A DNA stretch of 64,000 nucleotides from a virus (taxonomy: Duplodnaviria; Caudoviricetes). A program made the translations under genes and the position numbers. Below, piece by piece: positions 1 to 8,226 of the stretch (positions are counted from its first letter, which is position 1; every line of letters begins with the position of its first letter). The stretch lies in IMG/VR virus record IMGVR_UViG_3300020420_000671; one strand, given 5' to 3'. The notes beneath the pieces were generated by a model, which was not told the origin of the DNA, made no database searches, and was given only the letters and a program-made list of their open reading frames with translations.

Positions 1-1
1 C

Positions 2-793
2 ATGGCAGGTATATTTGATATTTTTAAACGTGCTGTTCCAAAAGATTTTAAAGGATTTTTCAAAGGAGATTTATTATATTATAAGACTCCTAAAGTAATT
101 GATAATAATTTTGTGTTTAAGCCTAATCCAGGGGGTGTTGAATATGCTGTAGATGTGTCAAGTGATTTAGGAAAACGTATTGCTAATTCACAAACAGCAG
201 TGGTCATTCATAGAATGGTAGACATAGATGGAACTGAATCAGCATTAAAAGACTTAGGTATGTTCCAAGGAAATGATTTATTAGTAGTACCTCCAATGAG
301 TGTAGAAACTCCACCAGAAGTTCCTAATGCTGAAATAGATAGATTAGCACAAATAATAAAAAGTGATAGTTCTGATCTTGATAGTTTGTTAGATAAAAAT
401 AAATTAAGAACAATGAAGCTAACTAATTTTTCAGATATTTTATATAACTATGTAAACCAAAGTGTAGATAGAGGTACTTTAGATAGTATCGGAAGAGATT
501 TTATGAAATGGTTGATGAGCCACGAAAAGATAAGTGATGTAAAGAAAAACAAAATAGCAGATTATATTAAACAGAACATGAAAGCATTTAAAAGTTTATG
601 GGAAGTAGTTGGTGGTATTATGAAAGTAAAGAATAATATAATAGCACAACTAGATTCACAGTCAGGATCCGTAAAGGCAACCACAGCTGGTAAGCCTGGT
701 GGAGAAGGTTATGTCCTAGCACACCCTGGTGGGGATATGAAACTAGTAAATAGAGCAGGGTTTACAGCGGCCAACAGAGCCGTACAACGATAG
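2..793 (+). CDS. Conserved phage hypothetical protein, probably the C-terminal part of a gene starting upstream of the window
   Basis: 263-aa ORF at the window edge; KGDLLY...GEGYV motifs recalled from hypothetical proteins of large marine phages. Confidence 0.6.
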   Translation: MAGIFDIFKRAVPKDFKGFFKGDLLYYKTPKVIDNNFVFKPNPGGVEYAVDVSSDLGKRIANSQTAVVIHRMVDIDGTESALKDLGMFQGNDLLVVPPMSVETPPEVPNAEIDRLAQIIKSDSSDLDSLLDKNKLRTMKLTNFSDILYNYVNQSVDRGTLDSIGRDFMKWLMSHEKISDVKKNKIADYIKQNMKAFKSLWEVVGGIMKVKNNIIAQLDSQSGSVKATTAGKPGGEGYVLAHPGGDMKLVNRAGFTAANRAVQR

Positions 794-802
794 GAGAACG
801 TT

Positions 803-1222
803 ATGAAAATGACAGAAATGATGGACAGCGATCAGTTTGGTACAATAAAAGCTGATATGCCGTTAGAGGCTATGCCTGCTAAAGGTGGCAGTCCATACGA
901 TATGACAGATAGTCAAAAAAAATACGCAAAGATGGGTCAACAAATTAAAGCATCATTGAGTCCAAGAAGCAGTGATATAAAATGGCCTGATGATCAACAA
1001 TGGTTAGATGCTTTGAAGTTTTCAGAAGCATTGATAGACGCAGGACCAGAAGATAAAATCGCAGATATTATGCGAAAAGTTCCACAGTTAAGTCCTGAGG
1101 GAGCAAACGAAATCATTGAAAAAGTAAAAGCAGGTAATGTTGATATAACTAAATCAGTTCCAGATCCAGATGGAGATTCAGATGGAATTGACAAATTGGC
1201 ACAAGCGATTAAAAAAGCCTAA
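803..1222 (+). CDS. Hypothetical acidic protein, possible head internal protein
   Basis: SD AGGAG upstream; N-terminus MKMTEM fits the shared M-x-h-x-E-h motif of this cluster. Confidence 0.6.
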   Translation: MKMTEMMDSDQFGTIKADMPLEAMPAKGGSPYDMTDSQKKYAKMGQQIKASLSPRSSDIKWPDDQQWLDALKFSEALIDAGPEDKIADIMRKVPQLSPEGANEIIEKVKAGNVDITKSVPDPDGDSDGIDKLAQAIKKA

Positions 1223-2094
1223 TGGATTTTATCAAAGAGATACACGAAGCACGTCTGACAAGAGGTAACGGAGTAAGATCCCTAACCTATACAGACTGTT
1301 GTGAGAGAGCTTATCTTACAATGTTAGTGCTGGAAGTTCTTAGAAAGTTTCCAGGTACTACTCCTATCGTACAGCAATACGCAAGGAATACTTCAGGATA
1401 TGATAGTTACAAACATTTTAGATTAAGTGGCTCAGACTTATATAACTTCGTGTATTTCATTGTAGGTGATGAAGACGCACATAAAAAACTAAAGGATCCT
1501 GGTGCGGCAAGAAAAATGAGAGAACGTACACAATTTCCTTTGATGAACTTTAATCGTTATATTGAAAGATTAAGATATAACAGATCTCCTCAAGCCGATG
1601 ATCAAAATCTTTTTATAAGACTAGAAGGTGTTCTGAGAATTACCAACTCTGATTACAAAACTGTAAGAAGAAATATTTTTTCTTTTCAAAGAATCTCTAC
1701 TAGAGAAAAACAAAGTACCATTACTAGATTACTATTAGCCGCAAGAGCTAAACTTAGAACCAGTGACGTGATAGGTTATATAGAAGAATTAAGTGCACTT
1801 AAAGACTTAGAAATATTTAAGGTAACAGATCCTGAACCTAAAGTTAGTGTGCCTGATATTGATGTTACAGGTAAAGACTTAGGTGGATATCGCTACCTTG
1901 TAGGTGCTAAGAACCTTTTGTTAACAAAAAAGTTTTTAGAATTAGCAAAAGATAATAAAAGTATACCCGCTAATGTGGTACAAGCATACATTCCTGCTAT
2001 AGCAACTATAGATAATATAGTTAAAGCAGGCCCTGGTTTCGTACAAATGCTTAGAACACTAGAAAATCGAGCCAAAAAACACCCTAAAAGCTAG
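1222..2094 (+). CDS. Hypothetical phage protein
   Basis: 290-aa ORF, translationally coupled (TAATG) to the upstream gene. Confidence 0.7.
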   Translation: MDFIKEIHEARLTRGNGVRSLTYTDCCERAYLTMLVLEVLRKFPGTTPIVQQYARNTSGYDSYKHFRLSGSDLYNFVYFIVGDEDAHKKLKDPGAARKMRERTQFPLMNFNRYIERLRYNRSPQADDQNLFIRLEGVLRITNSDYKTVRRNIFSFQRISTREKQSTITRLLLAARAKLRTSDVIGYIEELSALKDLEIFKVTDPEPKVSVPDIDVTGKDLGGYRYLVGAKNLLLTKKFLELAKDNKSIPANVVQAYIPAIATIDNIVKAGPGFVQMLRTLENRAKKHPKS

Positions 2095-2111
2095 TTATTT
2101 TCCTGTTTTGG

Positions 2112-2117
2112 TAAATA
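2112..2117 (+). promoter_or_regulatory. T4-like late promoter box TAAATA
   Basis: TAAATA 59 nt upstream of the 2176 gene; the same box recurs upstream of many genes on both strands. Confidence 0.6.
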
Positions 2118-2175
2118 CATATAACAACTTCTTAGAGTAAAGAAGTATGTCATTAAGAGAAAATAGGAGAAAACA

Positions 2176-2520
2176 ATGGCAGGAATAACAAAAGTAAACC
2201 CAACAGCAACTACATTGGGTTATGAAGTAATTGGTAAAGACGCTCAGTTCTTTACAGTTGATTACATTAACGCAATCAATGGTTCAGCAGGACCAAACGG
2301 CGCACAAAAAGCAGTATTAGACACAATCTCTACTACAGCTACAATTTTGTCAGCAGGTCCATTAGGTAACTCAAACACAGAGCAGACTTTCATGACTGAA
2401 GGTACAGACTCAGTGGTTGCGGCTACTTTACAAGCGGCTATCAGAGCATTAGGTACAGTTGACTCAGTTGACTTATCAGGCGCTACTGTAACAGCAAAAA
2501 CTTTATACATTGCTGTATAA
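2176..2520 (+). CDS. Small Ala/Thr/Gly-rich protein, probable virion structural (head decoration-like)
   Basis: Strong SD (TAGGAG), own late promoter and terminator, composition typical of structural proteins; function inferred. Confidence 0.65.
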   Translation: MAGITKVNPTATTLGYEVIGKDAQFFTVDYINAINGSAGPNGAQKAVLDTISTTATILSAGPLGNSNTEQTFMTEGTDSVVAATLQAAIRALGTVDSVDLSGATVTAKTLYIAV

Positions 2521-2552
2521 TAACAGTAATTAAGTTTTTTACTAAAACAATT

Positions 2553-2588
2553 AAAAGGGCTCATTCACATTGTTTGAGCCCTTTTTTT
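2553..2588 (+). terminator. Rho-independent terminator
   Basis: AAAAGGGCTCA-loop-TGAGCCCTTTT followed by a T run. Confidence 0.85.
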
Positions 2589-2606
2589 ATGACCGGTAAA
2601 TAGAGT

Positions 2607-3014
2607 ATGCTCAAAGTATACACATTAATAGACATCACCGAAACAAAGAGCTATAGAAGTGCTGATCAAAAATTAAATCACCAGCAGGCAAACTTTATGA
2701 CTTTTCTACAGACTTTGATGTTGACAATGAACTTTTTTTATGATAAAGCACCTACTTTAATTGAGTGCGATGAAAAAAAATTAAAGGAGCTAGGCTTTGG
2801 TTCAGATTACAAAGGAAGCCATAACGTGTGGTGCCTAGAAGCAAGGGTTGACGAAGGCAGACAGATACCTGATGTCGAAACTTTACAAAATGATTTTGAT
2901 TTAGTACCGGTGATACCAAACCTTAATGAGACTATATTGATAAATAATAATGTATTTAGAGCAAAAGATAAAAAGGCAACGAACATAACATTTAACAAGG
3001 CAAACATTACATAA
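2607..3014 (+). CDS. Hypothetical phage protein
   Basis: 135-aa ORF; ATG 4 nt after TAAATA (2597-2602), no SD. Confidence 0.65.
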   Translation: MLKVYTLIDITETKSYRSADQKLNHQQANFMTFLQTLMLTMNFFYDKAPTLIECDEKKLKELGFGSDYKGSHNVWCLEARVDEGRQIPDVETLQNDFDLVPVIPNLNETILINNNVFRAKDKKATNITFNKANIT

Positions 3015-3069
3015 TCAGGCAGAGATTAAAGGCCCCTTCCGAGAGACAAGAGGAATGGAGATTTAGATT

Positions 3070-3306
3070 ATGGCAAGAGCCACAAAATTAGAGCGTGAGA
3101 GCTTAGAAGCACATGTTGATTTGTGTGAACAGCGTTACATTAATTTAGAAACACGCTTAGAAAAGATTGAAGTAAAAGTTGAACACATTCATGCTGATAT
3201 TACCAGCGGTAATAAAGCAATGATGAAGGTAGTTCTTGGTGCTACCGGTACCATCGTAGCTGGTTTGTTGTCAACTATAGTAGTCCTCTTAATATCATTT
3301 AACTAA
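3070..3306 (+). CDS. Small coiled-coil protein with C-terminal transmembrane helix (XhlA/holin-like topology)
   Basis: Heptad segment RYINLETRLEKIEVKVEHI, then hydrophobic VVLGATGTIVAGLLSTIVVLLISF; SD GGAG. Confidence 0.65.
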   Translation: MARATKLERESLEAHVDLCEQRYINLETRLEKIEVKVEHIHADITSGNKAMMKVVLGATGTIVAGLLSTIVVLLISFN

Positions 3307-3315
3307 AACAATCTA

Positions 3316-3323
3316 TATAAATA
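3316..3323 (+). promoter_or_regulatory. Late promoter TATAAATA (exact T4 late consensus)
   Basis: Exact TATAAATA 5 nt before ATG 3329. Confidence 0.7.
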
Positions 3324-3328
3324 CTGTT

Positions 3329-3613
3329 ATGCTAGTAACAGACATCACATCTACGGACCTAAACGAAAAACAGATCTGGGGCAGACGAGGTAAAAAACTT
3401 GTCAGAAAGTATAGATGTACCTCTGGACGTCGTAAAAATAGGATCGTCGCTAACATGTCTCAGTGCTTTGCCGCACCTAATATGAAGGCAAGGATGTCAA
3501 TGAAAAGAACCAGAGCTAGACTAGGCGCAAGGATTGTTAGAAAAGCACAGAGAACGAAAAGAACAAACCCAGCATCAATAGCATTAAAAAGACTTAACAG
3601 GAGAATCAAATGA
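3329..3613 (+). CDS. Small highly basic protein, paralog A
   Basis: RKYRCTSG-R-K-x-RIVA...C motif shared with the next ORF. Confidence 0.75.
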   Translation: MLVTDITSTDLNEKQIWGRRGKKLVRKYRCTSGRRKNRIVANMSQCFAAPNMKARMSMKRTRARLGARIVRKAQRTKRTNPASIALKRLNRRIK

Positions 3614-3930
3614 TAATTTCCGAAATAGTTGATGAAGGTGCTGTACAGATATTCGGTAGGAAAAAAGGAAAAGTTGTTCGTAAATATAGATGTACCAGTG
3701 GACAGAAAAAAGGCAGAATTGTCGCAAAACCACAAACCTGTAGTAATCCTATAAGGGTTTCGAGCAGGATAAGTATTAAAAAGGCAAAAGCTAGACGTAG
3801 TCCGTTAATTAAAGTAAAAACAAGATTCACTAAAAGGACAAGTCCTACAAGTCAAAGGTTACAAAGATTAAATGTATCTAGACTTAAACCAACAAAGCGT
3901 TCTATCAAAAAAACAAAGAGAATGAAATGA
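3610..3930 (+). CDS. Small highly basic protein, paralog B
   Basis: RKYRCTSGQKKGRIVA...C; ATGA overlap with the upstream gene. Confidence 0.75.
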   Translation: MIISEIVDEGAVQIFGRKKGKVVRKYRCTSGQKKGRIVAKPQTCSNPIRVSSRISIKKAKARRSPLIKVKTRFTKRTSPTSQRLQRLNVSRLKPTKRSIKKTKRMK

Positions 3931-4418
3931 GATTGAAAGAATTCAAAATAGATGAAAGACAATATCTAAAAGAAAAATATCCTCATTTGACTGAAGAACA
4001 ATTGGACGAAATACTTCCGGCAATAGGAGCCGCGGCAGGAATGGCAGGAAGATTAGCTGTCAAGGGTGGCATGGCCGCAGGCAGATTGGGAGCTAAAATG
4101 GGTAAAGGAGCTCTTTCATATGCTACAAAAGGAGCCGGTAAGTTACTTACAAAAGGAACTAACCTAGCCAAACAAGTAACAAAAAATGTTACCAAGGCTG
4201 GACAACAAATTGCCACTGATGTAGCAGACAAAGCCGGACAAACTATGCTTAAAGTTGGATCACAGATACCTATCGGAGGACAGACTGTCAAAGTTGATAA
4301 GTTACAAGGTGACGAAGTAACCTTTGCTGATCCTAAAAAACCAGATGCTCCTAAAACCGTAGTAAAGAAAAATAGTCCTATTGTAAAAGCGGCGTTGAAC
4401 GCCTTGATTCCAAGATGA
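3927..4418 (+). CDS. Gly/Ala-rich hypothetical protein, possible head internal protein
   Basis: ATGA coupling; MRLKEF N-terminus; LDEILPAIGAAAG segment. Confidence 0.7.
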   Translation: MRLKEFKIDERQYLKEKYPHLTEEQLDEILPAIGAAAGMAGRLAVKGGMAAGRLGAKMGKGALSYATKGAGKLLTKGTNLAKQVTKNVTKAGQQIATDVADKAGQTMLKVGSQIPIGGQTVKVDKLQGDEVTFADPKKPDAPKTVVKKNSPIVKAALNALIPR

Positions 4419-4624
4419 AAATAAACGAATTAATTACAAGTTTCGAAATACAAAGAAGCAACGAAGAAAAAAGAGTATTAGAAAAATGCTCAAAACAACC
4501 AATACCAATACGTAATTTCGCTGAGAGAGATAGATTCATATTAGATGGCCTAATCCGAAAGGCATTAGTAAGTAAAATAATAGAAGATGATGGATCTGTA
4601 TTGGTAATTGTTAATGAAATATAA
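4415..4624 (+). CDS. Small hypothetical protein
   Basis: ATGA coupling; MKINEL N-terminus. Confidence 0.6.
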   Translation: MKINELITSFEIQRSNEEKRVLEKCSKQPIPIRNFAERDRFILDGLIRKALVSKIIEDDGSVLVIVNEI

Positions 4625-5042
4625 CCCACTTTACGTAAAACAGCTAGAAGAAATAATTAGTGCTGGATTAAAAGAAGTTCCTATTCCTTATCAAAAGGGG
4701 AACAGTATTAGAATAAAGCATATGATTGTTAGAAAACATACGAATGGATACAGAGTGTTTGATTGTAGATGTAATAAACATATTGAGACAGTATTCTGTA
4801 AAACTGCGGCTGTTGCTATAGCAAAAGGCCTAGCTGAAAACAAGAATTATCGCATTGATCCTGTGTTATCATTAGATCATCAAGTATCTAAACACTACAA
4901 TGACGCTTTATATGCCAAAAGATCTATGAAAAACGCCGAAAATGAAGATACTAAAACTACAGCAGAGATTAAATACGATATAGCTGTTGATAAGGCTTGG
5001 TCCTGTTTAGACCAATTAGAAAAGTTTATCTTTGATAAATAA
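4614..5042 (+). CDS. Hypothetical phage protein
   Basis: ATG at 4614 preferred over the track's TTG at 4608. Confidence 0.65.
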   Translation: MKYNPLYVKQLEEIISAGLKEVPIPYQKGNSIRIKHMIVRKHTNGYRVFDCRCNKHIETVFCKTAAVAIAKGLAENKNYRIDPVLSLDHQVSKHYNDALYAKRSMKNAENEDTKTTAEIKYDIAVDKAWSCLDQLEKFIFDK

Positions 5043-5071
5043 ATATGTAGTTGCAATACAAGGAATAAAAC

Positions 5072-5857
5072 ATGCTAATAAATGAGTTTTCAAAACCAGT
5101 CACGCTTGAATCCTTAAATGAGAATCTAGCACAAAGATTTGGACAAAAAATAGATGTATCTAAGTTCACACGTGAGCAACTTGAAGATGCCCGTAACAAA
5201 CTTAGAACACAAATATCACAAATAGAAACTAACGAAAGTTATGAAGCTGTAAACACAGACTCATATCAGAAAAGCAAACTATTCCTTGATATCATAAATC
5301 AAGCAATTGATGAAATGGACAGCTCATCAGAAAACACAACTCCTGAAACAGAAGAAAAAATAGTTGAAGGCGCAGAGGAACAATCAGCTCTTGTTATGGC
5401 CGCAAAGGACATGGTAGACAGAGTTACAGGCTGGATGGAAGACACAGCAGAAATGCAGACTGAATCTATGCTAGAAATAGGCGATAAGATTAGAGATGAA
5501 TATGGCATTGACAAATCCGAAGAGTTTATTAATACGGTAAAACCGGCACTCGAAGGATTGTTTACTTCATTGGAAAGCACTAGAGACTCCTTGACAGGTG
5601 GCGTAGCTATTTTGACAGGAGAAGGCGCACCACAAACAATGGGCGATGAAGTTCCTGCGGAGGAACCAGAGATGGAACCTACAGTAGATGATGAAGCAGG
5701 AGCGGAAGCAGAAGACCCAGTAGGCGACGAGTTTGGAGCATCAGGCCCAGCGGCAGGTGAGGACGAAGAGGCGGATAGGCCCAAACGAGAAAGTGTAGAA
5801 TTAAGTAAAAGATTAGGTTTGCTCTTAGCAGACTCAAAAAAAAAGGCTATAGATTAA
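5072..5857 (+). CDS. Acidic coiled-coil protein (scaffold/core-like); ends just past a slippery A9G run
   Basis: SD AGGA; late box at 5036-5045; E/D-rich C-terminal half; ends ...DSKKKAID*. Confidence 0.75.
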   Translation: MLINEFSKPVTLESLNENLAQRFGQKIDVSKFTREQLEDARNKLRTQISQIETNESYEAVNTDSYQKSKLFLDIINQAIDEMDSSSENTTPETEEKIVEGAEEQSALVMAAKDMVDRVTGWMEDTAEMQTESMLEIGDKIRDEYGIDKSEEFINTVKPALEGLFTSLESTRDSLTGGVAILTGEGAPQTMGDEVPAEEPEMEPTVDDEAGAEAEDPVGDEFGASGPAAGEDEEADRPKRESVELSKRLGLLLADSKKKAID

Positions 5858-6150
5858 GCGAAGACGTCAAAGACAATCTTACCCAGATATTACATCTTAA
5901 GCACAAAGAAGGCGCAACCAGTATAAGCTGGGATGACCTAAATAATTTCCTAGACAACGTAGGCAGTGAACATTACGACAGAGAAAGTTTTGTCAAGGCT
6001 TATAACAATGATCCAAGAGTACAGGAATTGGTATCAAGTTTTGATGAAAATGGTGTGGTGCTTAAAGGGGGCGAAGCACCACAGTCAGAACCAGAAGACG
6101 ATACAGTGGACCAAATGGCTTCAAGAGCCGCAAAATCAGCTTTAAAATAA
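5845..6150 (+). CDS. Start-less 101-codon ORF in the -1 frame (GYRLSEDVKDNLTQ...DQMASRAAKSALK*), probably a frameshift extension of 5072..
   Basis: Not in the track. Frame open from 5809 (after TAA 5806) to TAA 6148-6150, with no ATG/GTG/TTG in its first ~70 codons. Fills the gap exactly to the next promoter. Confidence 0.7.
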   Translation, partial: GYRLSEDVKDNLTQILHLKHKEGATSISWDDLNNFLDNVGSEHYDRESFVKAYNNDPRVQELVSSFDENGVVLKGGEAPQSEPEDDTVDQMASRAAKSALK

Positions 6151-6153
6151 CAC

Positions 6154-6182
6154 TTGACAATTAAGATAAATTAGTGTAGTAT
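6154..6182 (+). promoter_or_regulatory. Sigma70-type promoter
   Basis: TTGACA-17nt-TAGTAT. Confidence 0.7.
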
Positions 6183-6199
6183 CTTAAAAGAGAAATATA

Positions 6200-6487
6200 A
6201 TGAGCGAACGAACAAAAGAAGAAATAGTAGAAAATATTAATTTCATTGTAGATAAACATATTCAACCTGCTGTAGCACAGCATGGAGGAGTGGTCAAGCT
6301 AGAAGATTTTGATTTGGAAACAGGCGATGCCCTTATGCTTTTATCAGGTGCCTGCTCTGGTTGTGCCAGTAGCAGTATCACACTCAAGTTAGGTGTTGAA
6401 AATATGTTGAAGCATTACATTCCAGAAGTTCAAAAAGTCACTGGTATGGACGATCCAAATTCTACAGTAGATCCTTATTATGTTTAG
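6200..6487 (+). CDS. nifU: NifU/NfuA C-terminal-domain Fe-S scaffold protein
   Basis: IQPAVAQHGGVV...LSGACSGCASSSITLKLGVE (CxxC) NifU signature. Confidence 0.85.
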   Translation: MSERTKEEIVENINFIVDKHIQPAVAQHGGVVKLEDFDLETGDALMLLSGACSGCASSSITLKLGVENMLKHYIPEVQKVTGMDDPNSTVDPYYV

Positions 6488-6501
6488 AAGTAGGAACATA
6501 A

Positions 6502-7110
6502 ATGGCTTTAATAAACAAAGTAAATGACATAGAGTTTTATGCCGTGCCAAATCAGCATTGGGTGGTATCGGCTTTTTATCCTGACTATAAGGATTTAGAA
6601 AAGTTTTTTGATTTCACAGATATAGATATCAGTGAAAAGACTGCTACAGTAAATGGCCTACAGCGTCCTATCAAGAACGAAGAATGGACCGAAGAAAGAT
6701 CCAAATATATGGATTGGATCTTAGATACATGTAAACAAGCACAAATTCCTGTAACTGCTATTAAAGAAAGACAAAGCAAAGACCAAAGTGGTTGGAACTC
6801 TGCTTGGACTATTAATTATTTTCCAGGCGGTTGGCAGGCAGGACATTTTCATTCTACAGATAGAGCGGCACAATCTAACAAACGTTTTATATCAACAGTT
6901 ATGTTTTTTGATGACATAAAACCTACAAAAGATAATCGTTGGAATGGATGCTTGTATACCTTATTACAAAATCCTTATGGATATACATATGATCATAAGT
7001 TTCACCCAAAAGCAGGACAAGTAATAATGATGGATGATAGGGTATGGCATGGAACTTATCCTACAGAAGACAATCGTAGAGTTTTTGTAAGCGATTTTGA
7101 TGTAGAATGA
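6502..7110 (+). CDS. Putative 2OG-Fe(II) oxygenase superfamily protein
   Basis: GHFHS...DDRVWHGTYP...RRVFV pattern of the DSBH oxygenase fold. Confidence 0.55.
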   Translation: MALINKVNDIEFYAVPNQHWVVSAFYPDYKDLEKFFDFTDIDISEKTATVNGLQRPIKNEEWTEERSKYMDWILDTCKQAQIPVTAIKERQSKDQSGWNSAWTINYFPGGWQAGHFHSTDRAAQSNKRFISTVMFFDDIKPTKDNRWNGCLYTLLQNPYGYTYDHKFHPKAGQVIMMDDRVWHGTYPTEDNRRVFVSDFDVE

Positions 7111-7289
7111 CAAAATTAGTTTTTATATTGATGCTTATGAATGGAACCGAAGTTGAAGGGGAAAAGCAATATCCCAGTATGCAAAAGTGTAGTTGGTATG
7201 CTAAAAGTATTAATCAAGAAAGTGATAGATTAGCAGGAAGATATTCTGCTTGGTGTAAACCAAAAATAGTAACAGTGAATGAAAATTAG
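7107..7289 (+). CDS. Small Cys-pair family protein
   Basis: Hydrophobic N-terminus, YPSMQKC...WCKP; ATGA coupling. Confidence 0.6.
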   Translation: MTKLVFILMLMNGTEVEGEKQYPSMQKCSWYAKSINQESDRLAGRYSAWCKPKIVTVNEN

Positions 7290-7527
7290 ATATTACAAAG
7301 ATTTAAGTGGTTTAAGATGGGTTGGATTTGCTTTGGCAATGATCGGTGCTTTTATCTTATCAAACGCAGATGTGAATACACAATGGATGGGTTGGGCAAT
7401 AGCAACTATGTCTTGCTCCATTTGGGTTTACATGGGAATGAGAGACGGAGACATTCCAAGAGCATTAATGGAATTTTGTTATCTCTGTCTTGCTCTTAGA
7501 GCAATTTATAACTGGGTGTTAGCATGA
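7279..7527 (+). CDS. Small multi-pass membrane protein (PnuC-like fragment)
   Basis: Three hydrophobic segments, Trp-rich. Confidence 0.55.
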   Translation: MKIRYYKDLSGLRWVGFALAMIGAFILSNADVNTQWMGWAIATMSCSIWVYMGMRDGDIPRALMEFCYLCLALRAIYNWVLA

Positions 7528-8201
7528 CATTAATTAAAAACAAATATGACTATCAAGAGATCAAAAAGAAAAGTGTTGAAGGCAAAAGACTATATGCTTG
7601 TCCAGATGGCAATGCAGTCGCGAGTGTCACAACAATATTAGATGCTACTAAAGATAAAACACATCTTATAGCATGGCGAAAGAGAGTGGGCGAACAGAAA
7701 GCTAAGGAAGTAGTTACAGAAGCATCTGGGGTTGGTACAAGAATGCACAAGTACCTAGAAGATTATGTTGAATCAGGAAACTGGGGGCAACCAGGATCTA
7801 ATCCTTATGCGAAACAAGCACACAGTATGGCAAAACAAATTAAAGATAATGTAATGAGTGATGTAGAAATATGGGGGAGTGAAGTACAGCTTTATCATCC
7901 AAAGATTTATGCTGGCACTACAGATTTAGTTGGTACATATAAAGGACAACCAGCAATAATGGATTTCAAACAAACAAACAAACCTAAGAAAGAAGAATGG
8001 GTTGAGGATTATTATCTACAGCTTACAGCATACGCCCTGGCTCATAATGAGCTCTATGGTACAGAAATAAAAGAAGGACATGTATTCATGTGTTCTAGAG
8101 ACTTACAGTACCAGCAATTTGATCTATTGCCAGAAGACTTTGCTAAATGGGAGTCTAAATGGTGGGATAGGGTTTATGAGTATTACGACAAATACGCATA
8201 A
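7524..8201 (+). CDS. PD-(D/E)XK exonuclease (RecB/MGME1-like)
   Basis: SVTTIL...GTRMHKYLE...YAGTTDLVG...IMDFKQT...QLTAYALA motifs. Confidence 0.85.
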   Translation: MTLIKNKYDYQEIKKKSVEGKRLYACPDGNAVASVTTILDATKDKTHLIAWRKRVGEQKAKEVVTEASGVGTRMHKYLEDYVESGNWGQPGSNPYAKQAHSMAKQIKDNVMSDVEIWGSEVQLYHPKIYAGTTDLVGTYKGQPAIMDFKQTNKPKKEEWVEDYYLQLTAYALAHNELYGTEIKEGHVFMCSRDLQYQQFDLLPEDFAKWESKWWDRVYEYYDKYA

Positions 8202-8204
8202 ATA
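8199..8204 (+). promoter_or_regulatory. Late promoter box overlapping the upstream stop codon
   Basis: TAAATA whose TAA is the exonuclease stop codon. Confidence 0.6.
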
Positions 8205-8226
8205 CTATTGAATTAAGGAGTATACA

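Noticed and set aside
3015-3069. Possible SD-sequestering hairpin before the holin-like gene (CCTTCC...GGAATGG)
   Set aside because: Pairing is short and interrupted; not distinguishable from chance without homologs
7524-8201. Exonuclease as Cas4 or a defence nuclease
   Set aside because: No Fe-S Cys cluster and no CRISPR context; fits an ordinary phage recombination exonuclease
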